A DNA stretch of 64,000 nt from an uncultured Acidobacteriaceae bacterium (lineage in GTDB: Bacteria > Acidobacteriota > Terriglobia > Terriglobales > Acidobacteriaceae): positions 658,238 to 722,237 of the forward strand of contig CAVYCQ010000003.1 of assembly GCA_963767045.1 (NCBI GenBank), in the 5' to 3' direction. The notes under the pieces are model-generated. The model ran no database searches. It was not told where the DNA came from and was given only the letters and a program-made list of their open reading frames with translations. Of this stretch, positions 40,378 through 46,783 are shown piece after piece (the stretch's first letter is position 1; every line of letters starts with the position of its first letter). The position numbers and the translations under genes are program-made.

Positions 40378-41832
40378 ATGAAACCGAAGCAACCGGTGAC
40401 CGATCACAGCGAGGGCAATCTATACCGGCTGATTCCCTCTCTGCATGAGCTATTGCTGACGCCGGGATTTGCTGCACTGCTCGAGACCCACTCTCGCGAC
40501 TCGGCGACGTCTGCGGTGCGCGCCGTGCTGGCACGCCTCAAGCAGGAGATTGCAGAAGGCCATCACACCCAGGCAAGCCTGGAACGCGAGCTGGCATTGC
40601 TGCACATCACGGTTGCCGGCGAAATCGCCGAGGGTGCGCGCTACAGCTTGCAGCGCGTAATCAACGCCACCGGGGTGGTTCTGCATACAAATCTCGGGCG
40701 CGCTCCGTTGAGCCTCGCCGCACTGGCACACGTTGTCGAGACCGCGTGCGGATACTCAAACCTGGAACTCGATCTTGAATCGGGCGAGCGCAGCCGCCGC
40801 GATGTTCACGCGGAGGAACTTCTGCTGCGCGTTGTGGCGGCGCAGGGGGCAGCGGCCCTGGTCGTCAATAACTGTGCAGCAGCCACGTTTCTCGCCCTCA
40901 ACACGCTCGCGGAGGGTGGCGAGGTGATTGTCTCCCGCGGGGAGTTGGTGGAGATCGGCGGAGGGTTCCGCATCCCTGAGATTCTTGCTAAGTCCGGCGC
41001 CATGCTGCGTGAGGTGGGCACCACCAACCGCACCCGGCTGGCCGATTACGAAAATGCAATCTCACCCGCCACGCGGCTTATTTTGCGGGTGCACCAATCT
41101 AACTTCTCGATGGAAGGCTTCGTCGAACGACCCACGTTGCGCGACCTGGTTTCTCTTGGGATGCGCGCCAATCTGCCTGTATTTCACGATCAGGGAACCG
41201 GCTTGCTTGGCTCGCTCGAACTGCTCGGCATCGGCTCTGAGCCCACTTTGCCAGATAGCTTCCACATGGGTCCTGATCTGATTGCCGCCAGCGGTGACAA
41301 GCTGCTCGGCGGTCCACAATGCGGCTTGCTCATCGGGCGTACGGAGCTAGTGCAGCGCATCCGCAAGAATCCTCTGTACCGCACCTATCGTGTCGACAAG
41401 CTTACCTACGCGGCACTCGAAGCAACTCTCATGGACCACGTTGCGCAGAAAGATTCGAGCATCCCAGTGCAGAGAATGTTGAACATGGCAGCGGAAGAAG
41501 TATTCGCACGCTGTGAGCGGATCAGCCGCCAGGTCAACTCCGCCGAACTCGCCGCGCAGGCCGTACCGGTGGAGAGCCTGATCGGGGGCGGCACGGCGCC
41601 CACGGCCCGGCTGCAGAGCGCCGCAGTTTCTCTTCGTCACGCGCTGCTACAACCACAGGCACTGCTGCTGGCTCTTCGCCGGCTTGAGCCGCCGGTGGTG
41701 GGCCGCATCCACGAAGAGCAGGTCTTGCTCGATCTGCGCACTGTCGAACCGGAATTCGACGCAACCTTGGCCGAGTTACTGCAGCGGATTGACACTGGCT
41801 TGGTCACTGCGCAAAAGGCCGCGCACCAGTGA
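40378..41832 (+). CDS. selA: L-seryl-tRNA(Sec) selenium transferase
   Basis: LIPSLHELL.., VINATGVVLHTNLGRAP, NNCAAA and SGDKLLGGPQCGL (PLP lysine) blocks. Confidence 0.93.
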   Translation: MKPKQPVTDHSEGNLYRLIPSLHELLLTPGFAALLETHSRDSATSAVRAVLARLKQEIAEGHHTQASLERELALLHITVAGEIAEGARYSLQRVINATGVVLHTNLGRAPLSLAALAHVVETACGYSNLELDLESGERSRRDVHAEELLLRVVAAQGAAALVVNNCAAATFLALNTLAEGGEVIVSRGELVEIGGGFRIPEILAKSGAMLREVGTTNRTRLADYENAISPATRLILRVHQSNFSMEGFVERPTLRDLVSLGMRANLPVFHDQGTGLLGSLELLGIGSEPTLPDSFHMGPDLIAASGDKLLGGPQCGLLIGRTELVQRIRKNPLYRTYRVDKLTYAALEATLMDHVAQKDSSIPVQRMLNMAAEEVFARCERISRQVNSAELAAQAVPVESLIGGGTAPTARLQSAAVSLRHALLQPQALLLALRRLEPPVVGRIHEEQVLLDLRTVEPEFDATLAELLQRIDTGLVTAQKAAHQ

Positions 41833-41863
41833 CGCGAGCTGCGACGCATGGTTCAGCGTTAGC

Positions 41864-43759
41864 ATGACGCAACCGGTCAAGTCCGTAGTGATCGGCACCG
41901 CGGGTCATATCGATCACGGCAAGACTGCGTTAGTGCGGGCTCTTACGGGCATCGATGCAGATCGCTTGCCGGAAGAAAAGCGGCGCGGCATCACCATCGA
42001 TCTTGGCTTCGCCTTTCTCGAGGCTGTGTCTTCCTCTGGACGCCCACTCAGAATCAGCTTCGTCGATGTGCCCGGCCACAGCCTATTCATTCACAACATG
42101 CTCGCCGGGGCTGGATGCATCGGAGCCGTGATGCTGGTGATCTCCGCGCAGGAGGGTGTGAAACCACAAACCGTGGAGCATCTCGCTATTTGTAGCCTGC
42201 TTGGCGTGCGCACCGGCCTAACAGTGATTACCAAGATCGATACCGTTAGCCCCGCCCGTGCCGCACAAGTGGAGCTGGAGGTGAAGGAATTCCTTGGTGG
42301 AAGTTTTCTCGGCGATGGGCGTGCAGAGATTCTCGGGGTAAGCGCAATCACGGGGCAAGACATAGACCCGCTGCGGCGAAAGCTTATCGGGCTTGCCGAG
42401 GAGGCGCGCGACAGCGATCTCGATCACCTGCCCAGGCTCCCCATAGACCGCGCGTTCGTGATGAAGGGATTTGGCACCGTGGTTACGGGCACCCTGCTCT
42501 CAGGCAGTTTCCGTGCGGGACAATCGCTCACCCTGGAGCCGGGAGGACGTTCTGTGCGCGTGCGCGGAATGCAGAGCCATGGGCGCGCGGAAGATCTGGC
42601 TCTTTCCGGCTCGCGCGTTGCCTTGAACCTCTCAGGTGTTGAGGTGTCGGAAGTGAGCCGGGGGCAGACACTGGTTGCTCCTGAGACACTCACCGCTGTT
42701 ACTTCGATCGACGTGGAAGCCTGGTTGCTGCCTGGATCTTCGGCGCTGAAGCATGGCGCGGTGGTTCATTTCCACGCGTTTACCTCGAACGTCCTGGCCA
42801 CAGCACTGCTATATGGCCGCAGCAGGTTCGAGGCAGGCGCGAACAGGCTGCTCCGGATCAAACTCCAGACCCCTATCCTGCTCACCACCGGCGATCCATT
42901 CGTGCTGCGACAGGTTTCACCACCGGCGACCATTGGGGGTGGACGGGTGTTGGATGCGCACCCCGTGGCAAAACTGCGCAAAGCAGAAGTTATGGCGTGG
43001 CTGGAATCTTTGCAAAGCGCCCCGGAAGGAGAACGGCTTTTCCTTCGGGTAGCGCGCCGCGGCACAAAAGGGCTTACACTCCAGCGTCTGATGGCAGAAA
43101 CCGGCCTGGCCCGCGAAGCCGCCGAGCGCCGGCTGCAGCCCCTTATCCTAAGCCATCGTTTGCTGCAGATACCGGGCGAGCTTCTCTTTGCCGGAGCGGC
43201 CCTCGATGCAGCCTGCAAAAGTATTGGCAGAGTCTTACAACAGCACGTGAGCGGTCTCAAGCGATCCGAGCTCAGAAGCCGGACCTCGCTCACTCCGGAG
43301 GTTCTCGATTTTTCGCTCCAACGGCTTGCCGGCTCGCAGGAGATCCGGCTAAAAGGCGAGCTGGTCTATCCCGCGGGAGCCGGCACTCCTCCGTCCGCTC
43401 CTGAAGATGCAAAGCTTTCCACGATCGCGGCCGTCTACCGCAAGGCTGGGCTGTCTGCTCCCTTGATCTCTGAAGTAGCGGCCACGCTGAAGTGCAAGGA
43501 GAGCGAATTGCGTGCGCTGATCACATTGCTGCTGCGGGAAAAGATCCTCGTGCCGATGGGAAGCGAGAATCTGCTGATGCACCATGAAGCGCTCGATCAA
43601 CTACGCGCCACGATAAGCGAACTTCGCGGCCAGACTATCGATGTAGGCCGCTTCAAACAGATAACCGGCTTGTCTAGAAAGTACGCCATCCCCTTGTTGG
43701 AGTATCTCGATCGGCAAAGGATTACGCGTAAAATAGGCGATCAGCGCCTGGTGATCTAG
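41864..43759 (+). CDS. selB: selenocysteine-specific translation elongation factor
   Basis: VIGTAGHIDHGKTALV..LTG...DRL.EEK.RGITIDLGFA and DVPGH GTPase motifs. C-terminal winged-helix region ends ..AIPLLEYLDRQRITRKIGDQRLV. ATG 41864 lies inside a longer track ORF. Confidence 0.93.
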   Translation: MTQPVKSVVIGTAGHIDHGKTALVRALTGIDADRLPEEKRRGITIDLGFAFLEAVSSSGRPLRISFVDVPGHSLFIHNMLAGAGCIGAVMLVISAQEGVKPQTVEHLAICSLLGVRTGLTVITKIDTVSPARAAQVELEVKEFLGGSFLGDGRAEILGVSAITGQDIDPLRRKLIGLAEEARDSDLDHLPRLPIDRAFVMKGFGTVVTGTLLSGSFRAGQSLTLEPGGRSVRVRGMQSHGRAEDLALSGSRVALNLSGVEVSEVSRGQTLVAPETLTAVTSIDVEAWLLPGSSALKHGAVVHFHAFTSNVLATALLYGRSRFEAGANRLLRIKLQTPILLTTGDPFVLRQVSPPATIGGGRVLDAHPVAKLRKAEVMAWLESLQSAPEGERLFLRVARRGTKGLTLQRLMAETGLAREAAERRLQPLILSHRLLQIPGELLFAGAALDAACKSIGRVLQQHVSGLKRSELRSRTSLTPEVLDFSLQRLAGSQEIRLKGELVYPAGAGTPPSAPEDAKLSTIAAVYRKAGLSAPLISEVAATLKCKESELRALITLLLREKILVPMGSENLLMHHEALDQLRATISELRGQTIDVGRFKQITGLSRKYAIPLLEYLDRQRITRKIGDQRLVI

Positions 43760-43760
43760 C

Positions 43761-44372
43761 ATGGATTGTGCTAATCTTTGGCTCGGAACCATGACGGACC
43801 CTGAGAAGAAAATCGATCTGATCGAGGATGCTGACGCGACGGGCGAGGTAGCGCAGGTCTATGACGAATGGCGCGCCCATTCGGGCCGCCAGCAGATGCC
43901 CGGCATTCTCAAGTGCTTTAGCCATCGCCCTGATTTCCTGCGCGAAGTCATGAGCTTCAGCAACACCGTCCATTTTTCTGAAGGGCACCTCACGCGCAGG
44001 ACCAAGGAAGCGATCGCCAGTTGGGTCTCTTGGCTCAATCGCTGTCCCTATTGACTGGATTCGCATGCTTACTTCCTGCGGGTTCAGGGAGCAGAAGAAC
44101 AAACAGTCCAGGCGCTGGCGGAGGGCAAGCTCGACGAGGCAGCACTCGACGACGCGCACCGTGCGCTGCTGGAGTATGTCACTAAGGTGACCGAGGCGGC
44201 GTATCGCACCACCCCGGAAGATGTGCAAAAACTGCGTCAACATGGTTGGAGCGAGCCTCAAATTGCGGAAGCCGTATACATCACTGCGCTATTTGCCTTT
44301 TTCAATCGCGTGGCGGACGCCTTCGGTATTGCGCCGCAGGGCTATCTTGAAATGAACCAGATGACTAAGTGA
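43761..44372 (+). CDS. AhpD/carboxymuconolactone-decarboxylase-family selenoprotein (TGA 44052..44054 read as Sec; motif C-P-Y-U-L-D-S-H)
   Basis: Track ORFs 43761..44054 and 44187..44372 share a frame, and the 132 nt between them has no further stop. The junction WLNRCPYULDSHAYF aligns with the AhpD core C-x-x-C-x-x-x-H. SECIS-like hairpin at 44072..44091. Lies immediately 3' of selB. Alternative start ATG 43791. Confidence 0.8.
44072..44091 (+). promoter_or_regulatory. candidate bacterial SECIS hairpin for the AhpD-like gene
   Basis: CUUCCUG (44072-44078) pairs with CAGGGAG (44085-44091), with one G-U pair. Loop CGGGUU (44079-44084) begins 24 nt after the UGA. Confidence 0.55.
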
Positions 44373-44420
44373 ATGGGAAACATTGAAGTTGGCGCAGCGC
44401 GTGGCTTGCCGGGACCCTGG

Positions 44421-44490
44421 TGACTGGACGGGTGCCCCAGGTTCGCGCCAGCGTACCTGGGGAGAAAGTGGTTTTTTCGATTGCTTTCAC
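44421..44490 (-). repeat. intergenic repeat family B, partial inverted copy 4; in the plus sense it looks like a terminator
   Basis: Stem CCCCAGGT (44435-44442) / ACCTGGGG (44455-44462) with a 12-nt loop. In the plus sense it is followed by GTTTTTTC (44470-44477). The core GGACGGGTGCCCC is the reverse complement of the family core. Confidence 0.55.
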
Positions 44491-44520
44491 TCGTTCCAAC
44501 CGCGACTTGTTCGATAGGAT

Positions 44521-44599
44521 AAGAGCTTTCGAAGGGCTTCGCCCGTCTTATTCTTACCAGGTACGCCTTGGCGAACCTGGGGCACCCGCCCAGTTTCTC
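44521..44599 (+). repeat. intergenic repeat family B, copy 3
   Basis: AAGAGCTTTCGAAGGGCTTCGCCCGTCTTATTCTTA, then stem CCAGGT (44557-44562) / ACCTGG (44575-44580), then GGGGCACCCGCCCAGTTTC. Confidence 0.6.
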
Positions 44600-44731
44600 T
44601 CACGCGTAACCTCTCCAGACGGGATGACAATGGGAACCTCCACCTTTCGGTGGATGCGGCCCTCCGCCCGGTCGCGATAGTGTTCCAGGTATGCGCTGGT
44701 TTGCCGAGGAGCCGGGATTAGGTAGGATTGC

Positions 44732-45985
44732 ATGGTGATTGCCACCGAAGTCCGCACGAAGAGAAGACTACGTAATTTGGTTCCGGGGGCGGGCCTGCTG
44801 TTGGCAGCACTTGCTACTTTGGCACTTGCGCTTTATCCCATCTACGTCATACGGCCCTTCGTAGAGCAAAAGCCGGCGGACCTTGCGCGCGCCCTTTGGG
44901 TTCAGCTGCACGACAAGGTAATCTTGTTTGCGCTTTTTTTCCTGATCACGCTGTGTGGGCTTTTTCTCTGGCGGCGTGCGGGCTGGGTGGTGCGACTTCT
45001 GCTGGTGGGGCCGGCCATGGCGATTGCTCTGATCGCTGTCGGCGCGGCATTTTTCAATCCCTACGAACAGCTCATGTTTCATCCGTTCGGAGAGCCGCAC
45101 TACGTGGCTATTCAGCAAGCCGGTATCGACGCTAAAGACATGGTCATCGCGGTCACCCTGGGCGGAGAGAGCCGCGCGTATCCCATCCGAGAAATGGGCT
45201 ATCACCACGTCGTAAATGATCGCCTTCATCAGCTGCCCATCGTCGTCACTTATTGAACGCTCTGCCACACGGGTCTGGTCTGGACCCGCACCATACAGGG
45301 GCGTGACTTGCACTTTCACCTGGCCGGCATCAACAATCAGAATTTCCTGATGCGCGACCAGGAGACAGGCAGCTTCTGGCAGCAGATCAACGGGACCGCG
45401 ATCGCCGGCCCGCTGAAAGGCTCAAAGCTCACGTTGGTTCCCCAGGATGAACTCACGTTCGGGTTGTGGAAGAAAGAACAACCGAACGGCACTGTGCTCG
45501 CTCCTCTGAGGCGCGATGCAGCCCACTATGAAAAAGCGACTTGGGAAAGTGAGATTGCAAAACTGCCGACTGTGATTCACGCGACCAAGGGGACACTTCC
45601 CGACCGGGAAACCATCCTGGGCGTGTCGTTGAACGGAGCCGCGCGTGCCTTTCCAGTGAGCAAGCTGACGCTACAGTCTCCGGTGCTGATCGATGACGTC
45701 GGAGAGAAGCCGATCATGCTCGTGCTTGGGCCAGATGGCAAATCGATCCGTGTCTTCTCGCGCCAGGTGGGTGCAAACGCGCTCGAGTTTTATGGCCGTG
45801 GCGGGGGAAACACTGGCGAGCCTTGGGTACTTCTGGACTCCAATACGCTCAGCGACTGGAGCTTCGAAGGGTGCGCGGTTTCTGGAGATTTCAAAGGACA
45901 GTGTCTGACACGGATCGATGCTCTGAAAGACTTCTGGTTCGATTGGCAGCACTACCATCCAGGCAGCAGTATCTATCGGCATTGA
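44732..45985 (+). CDS. membrane-anchored DUF3179-family protein, candidate selenoprotein (TGA 45254..45256 read as Sec; motif U-T-L-C)
   Basis: Track ORFs 44732..45256 and 45308..45985 share a frame, with 17 open codons between them. Junction HHVVNDRLHQLPIVVTY-U-TLCHTGLVW, versus the family pattern VND..G.PV.VTYCPLC.T. Downstream DUF3179 blocks LMRDQETGSFWQQ..G.AI.GPLKG and C-terminal DFWFDWQHYHPGSSIY. Three N-terminal TM helices. Hairpin at 45270..45288. Confidence 0.78.
45270..45288 (+). promoter_or_regulatory. candidate bacterial SECIS hairpin for the DUF3179 gene
   Basis: CGGGUCU (45270-45276) pairs with GGACCCG (45282-45288), 7 bp including one G-U pair. Apical loop GGUCU (45277-45281) begins 20 nt after the UGA. 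Confidence 0.55.
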
Positions 45986-46002
45986 AATAATAGGGCCAGG
46001 GC

Positions 46003-46602
46003 CTAATTGCTGCCCGGTGGGACCACACCATTCATTCGCAGATACTCCACCAATTGGCCGTAGTGGTCGTACCCGTGTGCCACGGCAAAGGCAGCGAGTG
46101 TGGCCGGTGTGTGAAATCCGTCGAGTCCCTCGATGCCGGTAAAGGCATTCTGCGGCGTGATCGTCAGGATCTGGGCGTGACCATAGGCAAAGCTCTCCTT
46201 GAGGGCCGCCAGAATTTCATCTTTCGTTTTCAGATCGCGCACCTGCTTCGCCGCCGCCGGCGGTGTTGCTCCATTCAGCAGGCTGTAGAAGTGATAATTC
46301 GCGCCGGCAATGTGCGTCAGCTGCTGGGCAAAGGTGCGAACCGTTCCAAACTTGACCGGCGTGCCAGGAGCAAATAGGGCTGTCGTGGGCGCGAAGCTGT
46401 ACTTATCCGCCGGCATCGCTTGAGCCACATTCATCACTTCGGTCTCTAACTGGGCCAGCATGACGTCCAGTGCTTTGGCCGGCGCCATGGTCTTGCCCGC
46501 ATCCGAAGCCGTGTACGTATCCTGGAAATCTCTCGCCTGTGCCGAACCGCTCGCTCCCGCCGCGATGAGCAAACCGATCACCAACCAATTTGAAACTCGC
46601 AT
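46003..46602 (-). CDS. secreted DinB-family (DinB_2-like four-helix bundle) protein
   Basis: Signal peptide MRVSNWLVIGLLIAAGASGSAQA. His-containing helices (LTHIAGANYHFY, AVAHGYDHYGQLVEYLR) typical of the DinB/YfiT superfamily. Confidence 0.7.
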   Translation of the reverse strand: MRVSNWLVIGLLIAAGASGSAQARDFQDTYTASDAGKTMAPAKALDVMLAQLETEVMNVAQAMPADKYSFAPTTALFAPGTPVKFGTVRTFAQQLTHIAGANYHFYSLLNGATPPAAAKQVRDLKTKDEILAALKESFAYGHAQILTITPQNAFTGIEGLDGFHTPATLAAFAVAHGYDHYGQLVEYLRMNGVVPPGSN

Positions 46603-46695
46603 GCTTCCTCCTTGTCACGCAATAATCACTCGAAAACGAAACGGTCATCGCAACCTTCCGATTCTACTGCCAGCAGGATTCTGCAGCCCGAACCT

Positions 46696-46743
46696 GTTGA
46701 CATTCCACCTATAACGCGCTCAAGCTATAGGTGGACGGTCAAC
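46696..46743. promoter_or_regulatory. 18-nt-arm inverted repeat (candidate operator or 5' leader hairpin) in the divergent promoter region
   Basis: GTTGACATTCCACCTATA (46696-46713), 12-nt spacer, TATAGGTGGACGGTCAAC (46726-46743). 16/18 positions are complementary. The left arm contains TTGACA. Ends 40 nt before the ATG of ADOP copy 4. Confidence 0.45.
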
Positions 46744-46783
46744 ATGAGAGCAAAGGCGCCCACCGTCAAGTCAGGAGGTGACT

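Noticed and set aside
39256-40407. 383-aa ORF on the minus strand covering the whole selD region
   Set aside because: It is exactly antisense to a gene with unmistakable SelD motifs. Its composition (Arg/Gly/Ala/His-rich, no recognisable motifs) is typical of a shadow ORF in GC-rich DNA.
44420-44680. 86-aa ORF between the two selenoprotein genes
   Set aside because: It is made entirely of the inverted family B repeat pair, so the frame is a by-product of the repeats. The same applies to the short ORFs at 6169..6493, 36348..36827 and 1139..1414.
44052-45256. Alternative reading: the two in-frame TGAs are nonsense mutations, making the genes pseudogenes
   Set aside because: This reading is not adopted. 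Both TGAs fall exactly on the conserved redox Cys of their families. Both downstream frames are intact with family motifs. Each TGA is followed by a hairpin at SECIS-like spacing, and the full Sec machinery is adjacent. It remains formally possible until read-through is shown.
45986-46002. Possible bidirectional terminator between the convergent DUF3179 and DinB genes (AATAGGGCCAGGGCCTAATT)
   Set aside because: The two halves are not truly complementary (TAGGGCC versus GGGCCTA), and the spacer is only 17 nt. No stable hairpin could be drawn.
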